A DNA stretch of 63,484 nucleotides, taken from positions 479,124,124 to 479,187,607 of the forward strand of contig NC_058132.1 in assembly GCF_016433145.1 (NCBI RefSeq). Direction: 5' to 3'. The notes beneath the pieces were generated by a model. The model was not told the origin of the DNA. It did not search any database and worked only from the letters and a program-made list of their open reading frames with translations. Numbering within the stretch: the stretch's first letter is position 1; each line of letters opens with the position of its first letter. Positions 1 to 12,290 of this stretch are shown here, in pieces. The position numbers were made by a program, and so were the translations under genes. This stretch comes from Gracilinanus agilis (Eukaryota).

Positions 1-70
1 GGCTGAACAGAGGGATGGGGCATGCAAAAAAGTCCTCAGGCACTGGGAGAGGGGGAGCAGAGCAGTTCTG
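1..70 (-). mobile_element. Fragment of an LTR, cut by the window edge; same family as the LTR-like elements at 53.2 kb and 59.4 kb
   Basis: Contains GTCCTCAGGCACTGG, also at about 59564-59578, and resembles the reverse complement of about 53490-53535. Confidence 0.5.
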
Positions 71-573
71 TGTGTGTGTATATGTATGTGTGTAGGGTAT
101 GCAGTATGCGTGCTTATGCTTTGCCAACACTGGACTAGATTATCTGCAAGATCCCTTCTAATTCACAGTTCCTTGCATCTAGGATTCTCTCACTGTAAAC
201 AGAATGATAAAACCTTGTAGTCAGTAGTATTAAAGAAACATAGTGATAAAAAAATAATAATATGCTAATACTTAGATAAAAAGAATAGTAAACCTGACAG
301 TGAATGCCTTTAACCTCAAAGGTACTTAAGAAATGTTAAATAATTACTAAGAAAATAATTGCTTTTCAGAGATGAAAAATAGTGATAAAGAAAATCCTAG
401 AATTTTGTACTTTCTGCATATCATTGATATAATACATCTTGCATCATCTGCCTAAGTTTTCTAAAGCTATGTATTGTTTAAGATGGCAAGTTTCATGTAA
501 ATTGGCAAACTATACCAGTGGAAGAAGTTTCTATAATGGGAATTCTCTTCTCCAATGAAATTACTGATCCAAA

Positions 574-764
574 TTTTTTTTTTAATTTTAATCCCTTAAC
601 TTCTGTGTATTGACTTATACGTGGAAGATTGGTAAGGGTAGGCAATGGGGGTCAAGTGACTTGCCCAGGGTCACACAGCTGGGAAGTGTCTGAGGTCGGA
701 CTTGAACCTAGGACCTCCTGTCTCTAGGCCTGGCTCTCAATCCACTGAGCTACCCAGCTGCCCC
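574..764 (-). mobile_element. Young full-length tRNA-derived SINE (SINE1_Mdo-type)
   Basis: Reverse complement reads GGGGCAGCTGGGTAGCTCAGTGGATTGAGAGCC...GGTTCAAG (A/B boxes) through to an A tail; TSD TGATCCAAATTTTT at 565-578 and 765-778. Confidence 0.95.
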
Positions 765-894
765 TGATCCAAATTTTTTAATTAATCATGTTTAGATACT
801 CTATGCTTTCATTTAGTGGGCATTTAGAGATTCAATAAGAGAAATATAAAATAGTTTTTGGATGGAACTATAAAATGGTTTTAGGCTGAGAATA

Positions 895-1080
895 TCTACA
901 TATATGTATATGTATGCACACTCAATATGCATATATATCATATATAACAGATGCATGTATATATGGCTATATGTATACATATATATATATATACATTCTT
1001 AAGGCCACTAAATATATGTGTTCTCAAGGCCTGTATATATACCTCTGTATATGCTTAGGTGTTTATGTATGTATAAAGGC
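895..1080. repeat. (TA/CA/TG)-rich low-complexity tract
   Basis: Degenerate alternating purine-pyrimidine repeat; accounts for ORF 914..1174. Confidence 0.85.
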
Positions 1081-1131
1081 CTCGAAGATTTTTATAAGCT
1101 TTGTGGATAAGGACAGTTTTTTAACCCATTT

Positions 1132-1364
1132 TTGTTATTGTTCAGTAATTCAAGTCATGTCTAACTCTTCATGACTCTATTGACCATAGCTATCCGTGGG
1201 GATTTCTTGGTAAAGGTACTAGAGTGGTTTCCCATTTCCTTCTCCAGTGGATCATTTGACTTTCCCAAGGATACATAGTTAAAAAGTCATCAGAGGCTGG
1301 ATTGGAATTCAGGTCTTCCTGCCTCCAGACCCAGTTCTTTTAGCCATTCAGCCATCTGCCTCTC
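1132..1364 (-). mobile_element. MAR1-type SINE (CORE body with RTE-derived tail), degraded
   Basis: TTGTTCAGT...GGATTTCTTGGTAAAGGTACTAGAGTGGTTTCCCATTTCCTTCTCCAG tail followed by a CORE-SINE body and head. Confidence 0.75.
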
Positions 1365-2869
1365 TTTTACCATGTAGCAGAATTCTTTGCACTTAGTAGG
1401 ACCAACTCTTTAGTAGGACTTATATTTGTTAACTAACTACAAATCAAAAGCTGGCCTTCATAAAGTGCTTTGAATTTTCAAAACGTCCATATGATTCATT
1501 CTAAAAAGTATGCTTATGAGGTTGCTGCAAGACTGAGGCCGTAGGAAATGAAATCACTTGTTCCAGGTAATCAATCAGTAATTGTTTGAGGAATCAAACA
1601 CAGGCCTCCTCCTGAGCTTTGAGCTCAGTCCTTCCAGGTGGTCTCTATTACAGGGTTTGAAACTTCAGAAAATGATGAAGATGTGCTCTGCATGGATTCT
1701 GTAGCAAGCACCATTCAGCAGGTGAACAGCTTGCAGGGAGAGGGGACCCAGCAGCTGTGGGAGTTACTGGTTAAAAGTAAATGTTTATGCTACTGGTGTG
1801 TCAACAACAATCTGGAAAAGGAAACTGCCTGCAAGAGTAATGGTTTCAAGCTCACAGGAAAAATTCTTATTTGGGCAATTAAGAAATGTGAAAGCTTGAA
1901 GGAAAAAAACATTAGTTCTGGAGGCTGTGCAACTCCAGGGCTTGAGAAGCAATAATAACATACAAAAGAAAACATACTTTTGAATTTTATGGTGTGGTAA
2001 AGATTTTGACTTTCATTCTGTCACAGTTACAACCTCTGAGACATTCTGAAGATCATCTTACGGGGTTGGCTGTAAGGATGGCTGTGGGAGGCATAAGAGG
2101 CATACCAATCCATAAAGGAATAACTGACCAAATTTTTAGAGTAGACAGATGATGAGCTTATTTTCTCTCTACCACATCCTCACTGCTTCTACTCTTATTT
2201 GCATGTCACCACCCCTCCCCATGCCTACTCATGTTGCTAAGATATTATTCTGATTAAAGAAAATGTCTCTCACAAACACAAAGATGAATAGAAATCCAAT
2301 GAAGTGGCGAATGAGAGATTTTGTGAGTCTTGTGAAAAATTACTTCCAACACAGGAAATAAGTCATATCCCTCTGGGTTCTTACCACAAGCAAGTATACC
2401 AAACAAAGAAACACAAAAATTCTCTTGGGAAGAAGAAGGGAGCTTCTTGTATTTGAGTGCTACAAAAAAGATTATTCAGACAAAAATGGAAAAGGGTGGT
2501 AGATGAAGCTTTTATGAAGTTCATTCCCATCTAAACCAGAAAAAACATCAAATAAATACATTTAAAAGTTTTTGGAGGTAGAACATCAGTGAAATAAGAG
2601 ATATACTTGGCGGAAGATGGAGGACAGGGATATTGAGAGGGAATTTAAGTCATAAGGATAGTTTCAAAGCAAAATAAACTATAGCTATTGAAGTCAAATT
2701 GCTAAAGGAGACAACCAGTTCCTCATGCAAAGATATGGCAACAGAAATGGAGCATCATGTGAATGGAATGGCAAGTACAAATGGTGTTTGTACCATAGAG
2801 TTTATGCTAACTTAAAGAAGAATGGAAAAGTAAGAGAGGGTCAGGTTATGAAGAGCTAAATAATAAAGA

Positions 2870-3170
2870 AAACTTTAACAGTGAAATCTAACAACAAAAT
2901 TTGCTGAATGCAACTAAAGCAATCCTTAGGGGGAAGGTTTATATCTCTAAACACTTAAATCAACAAAATGGTGGAAAAAAAGATCAATGAATTGAGCATG
3001 AAAATAAAAAAAATCTGGAAAATAAAAAATTAATAGTCTCAAGCATAAAAACACAAATCTTATAAATAAGGGATAGAAAAATTGAAAACAGCATGAGTTG
3101 CTAAATAAAACTAAGAACTTTATTTTAAGACCAGCATAATAGAAAAACCATCAGCTAAGTTGATTAATAG
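2870..3170 (+). mobile_element. Old L1 ORF2 fragment, first piece of a split element
   Basis: Degenerate match to L1 ORF2 'DAAKAVLRGKFI.LN.YI.K...INEL...KPLA.LI'. Confidence 0.8.
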
Positions 3171-3214
3171 CATCTCCTCTTATCAGACAAATAAATCAAG
3201 AAAGTTATTTTACC

Positions 3215-3930
3215 TGCCTCAGTGTCTCTACTTTTCTCTTCTTTGGCTCATTTCTAAATCCTTTGCCAGATGGCTATAAACATCTTCATTCAATTGGCAC
3301 TGTTCTCTCTAGTGTTACCAAATGGTTTATTAGTTGATAAATCCAATAGTCTTTTCTCAATCCTCTTACTTCTTGAAACCCTTACTCCTCTATTTCTGGA
3401 TATTCTCTACTCTCCAAATTTTCCTGACATGTTCTCCTTTTACCTATCTAGCAGCTCCTTCTCTGTCTCTATGTCTTTATCTTTCTATCTCTCTCCAGTT
3501 CTCTGTCTTTCTCCCCATTAGCTCTATGAGTTCAAATATTATCTTCATATAGAATATTCCTAGCTCCCAACATCCAGTCCTAAATAATCTGTGCTCAGCT
3601 ACAGTCCCTCAACACCAACTACATTTGGACACTTATTTCTAAATCACTGAGCATCTCAAACTCATTATGTCTAAAAGAGAATTCATTATCTTTCCTCTAA
3701 AACTTTTTCCTCTTCCCAAATTTCTTATTCCTGTTGAAGTCACCTTTCCAGTCCACTCAGGCCAACAAACTCATTATCATCCTCAGTTGTCTATAGTATT
3801 GCAATAGCCTTTTGGTTGTTCACCCTGCCTGAAAAAAAATCTCTCAATACTCCAACCTATTTTCCACTCAAGTACTGAAGTAATTTTCCTAAAATACAAG
3901 TTTGACCACATTACCCTCCCATCTCACTTA
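3215..3930 (+). mobile_element. L2 LINE reverse transcriptase fragment
   Basis: ORF 3270..3521 'LPNGLLVDKSNSLFSILLLLE...SFYLSSSSFSVS' matches L2 'VTNDLL.AKS.GLFS.LILLD...SSYLS.RSFSVS'. Confidence 0.8.
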
Positions 3931-3949
3931 ATAAGAGAAGAAAAAGGAA

Positions 3950-4520
3950 TACGCATTTATATAGCACTGTGCTAGACATTGGCAAAGCAAAGGAAAGACA
4001 AAAAAAACATGGCCCTGCTCTAGATAAAACTTACATTTAAATGGAAGAGACAACACGACATTTGTATAATTTGTACATATAAGATTTATATAATATGAAT
4101 GAGGAATGTAAAGAAAGGAGTATAGCTCCGGTTCTCAAGGGACTCACCATCTAATTGGGGGAAAACATAAAAACAACTATATGCAAACAAGTTACATATA
4201 GGATTAATTGGAGATTATCAAGAGCGTGAAGGCACTAGCATCAAAGGGAACCAAGAAAATCTTTTTGTAGAACATGTAATTTTAGCTGTGACTTAAAGTA
4301 AGCCAGGGAAGCTTAGAGGTGAAGATGAGGAAGGCAAATTCTAGCCATGGGGTAAACATACAAGTTGGGAAATGGAATGTTATATGCAAGGAAGTCAATG
4401 TAACTGAATCACAAAGTACATGAATGGCAGTAATGTGTAAGAAGAATGGAAATATTGCAGGAGTGGTTGTCCAAACAAGTTATAAAGGGCTTTAAAACCT
4501 ATAGGACTTTATTTTGGACC
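3950..4520 (-). mobile_element. L2 3' region, antisense
   Basis: GCATTTATATAGCACTGTGCTAGAC...CCCTGCTC...CTTACA typical of an antisense L2 3' end, followed by purine-rich antisense L2 body. Confidence 0.7.
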
Positions 4521-4859
4521 TAAGGATTAGTATGATCTTAGAGGAACTATAATATTAAATTATAAGTCAACAAAATAGAGCATTTAAATAAAATGAGTGA
4601 ATATTTACCAAAAATGTAGCCAAATTAACAAAACAACAAAAAGAAAGTATAAGCAACTAATCTCAAAGAGTTAGCAAGCCATAAATATACTTCTAAAGGA
4701 CAAAAGACCAGGTCTAGAGGGATTTAGAAGTGAATTATATTAAACACTTAAGGAGCAGCTAACTATTTTGCTGTATAAACTATTCACAAAAAGCACATAT
4801 CTTACCAAATGCCTTCTATGACGCAAATATTTCCAAACTAGAAAGAGACGAAGTAATGT

Positions 4860-5230
4860 TGCCACAGAAGGTGAAATTTGAAGGAAGCCAGAAGTATTAA
4901 TTCTCTCATAAATTTACAACCAGGATGGAGATCCTGGCCAAGTTGCTAGAGGTCTTCCTCACATTTTATAGACATTTTCTAGACATTTCATTAATACCAA
5001 TGGAATGTGTGTGCTTGCCATCAGTTATACTTAATTCTCACTATGTGACAGTCTCATCTTTTTACCCAGGCATACATTTCCTTGATGATATACTTAACCT
5101 TGCATAATTTCTCATTTGTTATGTGTTGCAGCCTAATCATGCTTGTCATGGATCTTTCCATGGAGTCATCTGAAATCCCTTAGAAACTGTAGTAATCCAT
5201 GACTTGCAGACATACAATGGCTCTAGAAAA
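4860..5230 (-). mobile_element. RTE LINE 3' fragment inserted in L1
   Basis: Minus-strand translation 'MERSMTSMIRLQHITNEKL...IIKEMYAWVKR*DCHIVR...W...WY' matches the RTE ORF C-terminus. Confidence 0.75.
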
Positions 5231-5680
5231 AACATGAACATTAAATGGATAAACCTTTGTTTCAGGGAATAGCTACAGTTTCCAAAGTTAATTTATCCCA
5301 TTTTCTATCTAGTGTATATGGACTGATGGATGAATGTCAGGTGGTTGCCAATCCAATTGTATATAATAATCTAAATCATAAGCATTCTCCCCTTCTAGAT
5401 ATAACAATATCACTAATAAGTATCAAAGTAAAAGTATGTGAATAAAACACAAGAGATAATAAATTATACTTGCATATATTTATAATATGTAATTATGCAT
5501 TTTGTATACTATATTCAATATTATATCATATATTACTATATAACATATGTAATCATATATTCACTAGACCAAGTTGGATGCATACCAGGTATTCAAAGAT
5601 GATTCAACATAATAAACACTATTAATAAAAATGATTTTTATTAAAAACAAAAATAAAAATCACATTATTATATGATATAT

Positions 5681-5795
5681 TTAGAATTATGAAGTACTTC
5701 TGAAATTATATAGTTCAACTGTCTTAGTTTATACATAAGGAAACAGAGGCCCAAGAAGGTTAAATAACTTCTCCAAGGTCACACAGATAGTAAAA
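5681..5795 (-). mobile_element. MIR/CORE SINE inserted in L1
   Basis: AAGGAAACAGAGGCCCAAGAAGGTTAAATAACTTCTCCAAGGTCACACAG core motif. Confidence 0.75.
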
Positions 5796-6534
5796 TCAAT
5801 AAATATAAAAATTACTTTCAACAAATATTTAACAATGTTTTTTAAAATGATTTTTCCTCAATATAATAAATGTTATTTATGCAAACAATAGTAAGGATTA
5901 TTTATAATGAAGGAACTCTTTCCATTAAGTTCAGAGATACATCGGTGATGCCCATTAATTGATGCAGATTGAAAAATGCTTGTTTCATGAGGAGGAAAAT
6001 GATTTGAGAGAATAAACACAGGCTAAGAAGAGGTAAAATTATCTTTACTTACCAACTGTGGTAGTTTTCTTAGAGAATTCAAGAGATTCAATGAGAAAAA
6101 AAATTACTTGAAATAGTAGCTTCATTGTAGTACCCACCTAACAACAAATAAAAATTTAAGTATTATTTTACATTGTAACAAAACCCTACAGGAGGAAATA
6201 GAAATTCCAATCACAATAATTATGAAATTCAAATTAAAATCTCAGAGTTAAGTTACCAGGACAGTCAAGCCCTATAGATCTAACTATGAAGACTTCTTTA
6301 AATAAAAAGGAAGTCTGAAATAATTAGACAAATGTTAATTTCATAGTTGGATTATTCCAAATAATAAAAATGATGATAAACCTAAATTACTTTGCTGGTG
6401 GTGGTGCTATAGCAATCAAACCAACAATGCATTAATTTAGAGAACTGGGCAAAATAATAATAACATTCATTTCAAGGATCAAGGGGTCAAGAATCTCAGG
6501 AGAAATGAATTTTTTTAATGGCATAAAAGAGTTA

Positions 6535-7910
6535 TATAGGAAGATGATAGATTGAAAGGAAACAGTAAAACTGAGCTCCCCTCTACACACCTCCAAACAG
6601 ATCTAGAAAATACATCAGACCAAATCCTGACTGGAGAATCCAGAAAAAAAATGTCATCATCGTTTATCTAGCCCAGGTTAGCCCAAGTATAGGGTGAGAA
6701 GTTATTCAGCACTCAGGAAAAGACTATGGCTTAGTATAGAAGGAGGTCCCAGACTCAAAAAAAGCATCACTCCACTGTGATGAGGACAAGTATAAACTTA
6801 TAGTTTTGTCACCCACTACCCACTCCTAGGTCACAGGCTAGGGCAGAGTGAGAAGAGATTCTGAACACAGCAAAAACATTCCAAGGAAGGAAGACCCAGT
6901 TCTGTGCATGAAAAAAGGAGAGAGTTTAGCATTTAGAAGCAGAAGCAACAACAACACCTTGGCTCAGATCTCAGGCATAAAGCAGAGTTTTACTTCCTGC
7001 ATCAATACCAGCCTGCAAAGGACTAAGCAGGGCATAAATACCAAACAAATGGTGAACATTGAATTCTGCCACTCTAAACCAAAAGAGCTTTCCAGATAGC
7101 TCATTGAGGCAGTCTTCCAGCAATCTACTCTTACATAGACTATAGGTCAGGAACAGGTAGAACTCAGACAAGGGCTGATGAGATCACTTGGATATACTGA
7201 AAGCTTATAGATCCCTAGGCTATTCCTAAGATCCTGGAATATCCCAGCACTCAGTATCCCAAGGAAACAGCAACAGGATCAACCCATTCCTTTTCTCTAG
7301 AAATACCACAGAGTTCAGTCCTCATATCAATTCCAAAGTCAGAAAATAGCCTGGAAGATGAGAAAAAATAATAAAGATGTCACCATAATGAGCTATTATG
7401 ATATTAGGGACAATCGAGATACACATACAAAGAAGAAAATAACTTTGAAACATCTATGAGCTCAGCTTCAGAAAAAAAAAACAGAACTTTCTAACAAATT
7501 CAGCTATAATGACTCAGAGATAAAGTAAGAGCTTAAAATGTTTTCTACATAGAATGAGAGCATTTGAAGAAAATAATGGAAAGGAAATAAACACTATAGA
7601 GGAAAGAATTTGAAAGAAAATAACCACTTGGCACAAAAAAGTACAAAAATCTTGCCTAAGCAATGAATTTCCTCAATAGTATAACGGGGTGAATGAATAG
7701 AAACCAATGACTCTATGGGGCAACAAGAAATATTAAAACAGTCAACAGACTGAAAAAAAAGTAGAAGAAAATGTAAAGCATTTTATAGCAAAAATACCAA
7801 ACTAGAAAAAAAATCAAAGGGAAAAAATTAAGAATCATCAAACTATCATTGGCCATGACCAAAAAAAGAGTATACACGTTATGTTTCAAGAATTTTTTTT
7901 AACTCCCAAA
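6535..7910 (+). mobile_element. Marsupial L1 5'UTR plus decayed ORF1
   Basis: GGAAGATG... start, promoter-like 5'UTR, then A-rich coiled-coil-like sequence; similar architecture to 61660-63484. Confidence 0.7.
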
Positions 7911-8435
7911 ATCTGTGATTCAGGTTCAATGGACCTCAAAATGCCCTTGAATGAGGTTCCCAGTTCCAAAGGGTCAAAAAACCTATAGCTTGAGGCCAGC
8001 ATATCTACATATATGAGAATCAAAGTATCAATATGTGTAACCTGGTCTTGGATTATTTGTTTTCTTTGAAAATTGCCTTGTTATTTCAATTCTTTTCTTA
8101 TCTTTGCTGTTTTGTTGCCATTTTAGATACTTTTCTGGTACATTTGAGATGAGTAAGTAGGAACTTGCTCCATATATTACCTTTCATTTCACCCTATTCC
8201 CAGAATTCCCTTAGCAGTGATTTCTTAAGAGACCCTTTAAGGAGCAATAGTTACTATATCAATGCCTCCAATTTTAAGATTCTTTTTAACCAGTGTAAAA
8301 ATCATTACTTTTCATCTAATTACAACTCCTGTGGGTTTCCTTGTAAGTCTGTTAGTTAAATGTTCTCTTAGATAGTCTAAAGATTAATACTTTGCAAAAC
8401 TGCATAGAATGAAACTTTCAAACAGAAATATATTA

Positions 8436-8690
8436 TAGTTTGAGATCTCAGAGGGACTTTAAAGGCTATTTTAGGTCAACCCTCTGATTTTATAGCTGAT
8501 GAAACTGAGACACAGAAAGATTAATTAACTTGCTTAGCAACAGAGATTTTTATTATTATATTTTATTATATCTTATATTTATATTATTTTATTATATTAT
8601 ATTTAAATATATTATATGTTATAATTATCTGAAGAGAGACTTGAACCCCAGTTTTCATGACTCCAATGCCAGTGTATGATCCATTTCTGT
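8436..8690 (-). mobile_element. MIR-type SINE with an internal AT-rich expansion (about 8550-8625)
   Basis: GATGAAACTGAGACACAGAAAGATTAATTAACTTGC...GACTTGAACCCC. Confidence 0.7.
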
Positions 8691-8742
8691 ATATTTCCTC
8701 TTCATTGAACATGTTGCAACAGTTAAAAATTGTATAAGATGT

Positions 8743-8990
8743 GGGGGCAGCTAGGTAGTAAAGTGGATAGAGTCAGAAAGATTCTTTTTCCTGAGTTCAA
8801 AGCTGGTCTCAGACTTACTACCGGTGTGACAATGGGCAAGCGACTTTATCCTGTTTGCCTCGATTTCCTCATCTGTAAAATGATCTGGACAAGGAAACGG
8901 TAAATCACTCTAGTATCTTTGCCAAGAAAACCCCAAATGGGATCATAGAGTCAATCATGACTGAAATGGTTCAATCACCCCAAAACAAAA
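8743..8990 (+). mobile_element. MAR1-type SINE, near full length
   Basis: GGGGGCAGCTAGGTAG head, CORE (CCTCGATTTCCTCATCTGTAAAATG), tail CACTCTAGTATCTTTGCCAAGAAAACCCCAAATGGG. Confidence 0.9.
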
Positions 8991-9643
8991 CCTCTAAAGG
9001 TATAGAAAGGGTTATAGCTGGAAAATAAGTAGTCTCTGATTCTTCTGGGACTAAACTATGTATAACCCTAAGGACAAAATGCCTTACAGAAGCATTTTTT
9101 AACGTTCATATTAAAAAAAAATTAAACCCCTCAGTATTTTAAATAATTATAACAAAAAAAAAAGCTGCCTAGAGCCATTCTGGGCAACGTCAAAAGTCTC
9201 CACTACCTTGAAAGGGATAATGAAAAAGAGTCCCAAAATCTCATTCATTTGCTAGGTTAAGCTTTGTTGTTACCCCCTATTCTCCCTTTTGTACTAATCT
9301 TTCCTAGGACTGCTGCCAGCGAGGCCAAGCTCAAGCAGCAGTGTCATTTCCAGGGTCGGAGGGGTCAGCAGTGACACCCGATTTAAGTGTTATTCACTCT
9401 GATGCCATGACAAGACAGATATAGCGTGGCCCCACTGAAGTGATGTATGTTAAATTTGTTGCAAATTACTGGCATGATGGATCTATTGATGACCCATTGC
9501 AGCTGTCAGGACGTCTCTATCAGTCTCTTCCTTATGTTTCTTCCGCTGTCCACCCCTTCCCCCTACCCCTGGATCACAGCTGCAAAACATGTGTTTATTC
9601 TATAGTTGCCAGTACCTCGGGAGTAACTATTAGATTTGTCAAA

Positions 9644-10930
9644 TTTTAGAGCTGAAAGGTACTCAAGAAAACATCTATTCAATCCTCTCGCTTTACAGAT
9701 GTGGAAACTGAGACCCAGAAATGTAAAGTGACTTGTTTAATGTGATGCGTATAGACAGAAACAGAGATGGGAAGCCCCTTAATTCCTAGTACAGTAATCA
9801 TAAGACAGTAGTTTTAGAACTGAAGGGACCATAGACATCATCTAATTCATTTCTTTCATCTTAAATATTAGGAGATTGAGGCTCAGAAAAATTAAATGAC
9901 TTACTTAGGGTCTTACAGTAAGCGTCTGAGGTAGGATGTGAATAGAAGTCTTTATTTTAAAAGTCTATTATATGATGCTCTTTCTAGGATGTCACATACG
10001 GTCTCTTAGTATTATAATGCTGAATAAAACACTGAATATTCTGAGGCACTCTAAATGAGAGGCTGTGTAGTGTAATAAAAGTAATTATATATACATACAC
10101 ATATATACACAAATGTATATCTACATATATACAAATACATAGATATCTGTTCATAGATATAGATATGTCTAAGAGTCAAGAGACTAAGTTTCTAGTCTTG
10201 ATTTTAGCACTAACTAGCCCTATGACATCAGTTAACTGACCATACATCTCTGTGTCTCTATTCCCTCATCTAAAAAATGAGGGATTAGGAACAAATCATT
10301 TCTAAAGTTCCTTCTAACTCTAAAGTTCTCTGGGTTATAGATGATGTTAAAAGGATGAGAATGAGAAGGAATGACTCCAGAGTGGCTCTGTCATTGCTCT
10401 AATTACATTAAAACATATAGATAGATAGATGCAGACAAACCAACCTAGAGTATCACCATTTCAGGCAGTAAAATTTACTATTTTGAAACAGTAATTTTTA
10501 AAAATTACTTTTTAATTAAAAATTTAAATTTAAAAATTATGGACTTATGCTGGATGTTTGAGTGGAGGTTGGGTAAAGGGAGGAGTGATAACATAAAAAT
10601 CTTTTTTTATTTTTTTTTACCTTCTAATATTATAGGAGCAGAGAGAGGTGAAATTTTTTATTCCCTTAAAAATTTCCTGGGTGACTTGGAGAAATCTTTG
10701 GGAAACAAATAATACTATCTTCTCAACAAGAGATTAAAGCCAACATTTGTGTTGCACTTCACATGTATTGTCTGACTTAGGACTCAGAACAGCCCTGAGA
10801 ATCAGGGTATAGATATTATCCCTCCCATTTTATGGATGAGAAAACTAAAACTCAGAGAAGTTATTTGCTCATGAGCACATAACTAGTATTAGAGGCAGAA
10901 TGTGAATCCAAGTCTTCCTGACTTTTAACT
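9644..10930. mobile_element. Cluster of four MIR/CORE SINE relics (about 9644-9770 -, 9811-9955 -, 10172-10332 +, 10740-10930 -)
   Basis: Each carries a CORE motif (TTTACAGATG.GGAAACTGAG or CCTCATCT.AAAATG). Confidence 0.7.
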
Positions 10931-11894
10931 TGGAAAGAGACATTAGGTCTTTCTCATCATAGCATGTATTTAGCTCTCAAGAGTTCAAATGTCAAAAGCT
11001 ACTCTGCGTGCTGATAGCCATCTGATTTCCTGTATTTAAGCATCCTTAAAAGTGGCTTATGCCATAATGACATAGCAAAAACATTATGTTCCCCCACCCT
11101 GGTCTTTCAGTCACACCATGTATTTATCAATTATCTCATTCGAAAGCTTCATCACCTTAGCTTGGTGTTCCAAACACCACATAAAAACTTTTCCTCCCAC
11201 CATGTCATTTCAGAACAAAATTCAGTACAAATGGTTTGAGTCCTTGGTCTACTTAGTGGTATGCCGGAAAAGTGGTTCCAATCATCTTCAGTTTTGTTTT
11301 TTTTTCCTTAAATCTGGCGTCCTTCCCTTCAAAATACCATATTCCTCCATTCATGAAGTTTAAAACTGAAAATCTTCTCTGAGTTTGAATAACTATGAGG
11401 ACACCACTAGCATCATTTAATGCTTAATGTTTCTCTGAAATCTGATTGCTACCCCTAAAACTTCCTCCACCCATTTCTTCCCATAGAATAAATAGCATTT
11501 TTTTTCACTAATTTTTACCTTATCTTCTTCTCCTAATAAGATTGAGAGATAAGGAGAAAGTCAGTGTCCTAGACTGCCCAGCACATTTAAAAACACTTTG
11601 ACACTTTTGTTTCTCCTTTAATTTTTCCACACTTTTCCCCCCTCTTACTCTTTTAAAGCAAATTTTCACTCCCAAGGGCCTCTTAAAGATCATCTTCTTC
11701 CCATGTCTGTCAACACCAAGTTAAGAATTGACTTACCCCAAAGCAATTACTTTCTCAAATTGTAAAACAAATCACTATTCTTATACTCTGAACTTCCTAA
11801 ATCTTCAAATTGGTCATTTGTTATTTTTTCTAAATTACTTCAAGGACTCCTTTAATTAATATACTTTATATATATATTATTTTGAAATTACAGA

Positions 11895-12290
11895 AAGCTC
11901 AGCATCATAATGGGTTTTAGAGGCCATCTCACTCAACCCATATCTGAATGAAAATACCTTGCTCAGTATACCTAGCAAGTGGTAATTGAGCCTTTGTCTG
12001 TGAGCTTCCAATTAGGAAGAAATCACTACCTTCCAAGACAACCTATTATACATATTCATAGCTATAATTAAGAGGTCAAAATGTTCAACTATGAACCCAT
12101 CACTCTTTGTTCTGCTCCCTAAAAGTCTAATCTCTCTTCCAGAAGATAAGCCTTCATATAAATGAAGGCAACTATCATATGTAGTCTTCTCTTCTCTATG
12201 CTAAATATTCCTACTTCCTTCCACTCATCCTCAAATGGCATGATATCAAAGCTTTCACTATCCTTGTTGGAGTGAAAAAAATGGATTTGG
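11895..12290 (-). mobile_element. L3/CR1 LINE 3' fragment
   Basis: ORF 12119..12310(-) 'FEDEWKEVGIFSIEKRRL..IVAFIYMKAY..EERLDF' matches CR1 '[25 protein letters not shown].KG'. Confidence 0.85.

Larger units (their letters stand above)
4530..6510 (+). mobile_element. Continuation of the same old L1 ORF2, interrupted by RTE, AT-rich tract and MIR
   Basis: Colinear degenerate L1 motifs: 'K.PG..GF.SE.Y..LKEQL..LL.KLF' near 4700-4790, 'DQVG.IPG.Q.WFNI' near 5565-5610, then RT and C-terminal residue to about 6510. Confidence 0.75.

Noticed and set aside
574-764. tRNA-like A/B boxes here and in the other SINE heads
   Set aside because: They are SINE promoters followed by CORE and tail sequence with TSDs, not tRNA genes.
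1654-1721. AG...GT-bounded 68-nt exon candidate
   Set aside because: Weak polypyrimidine tract and donor; no partner exons recognisable in the window.
2050-2220. LTGLAV...IPIH...SLLLLLFACHH faintly like the filovirus NP N-terminus
   Set aside because: Short, needs several gaps, and no match to the conserved NP core downstream; kept only as an unassigned segment.
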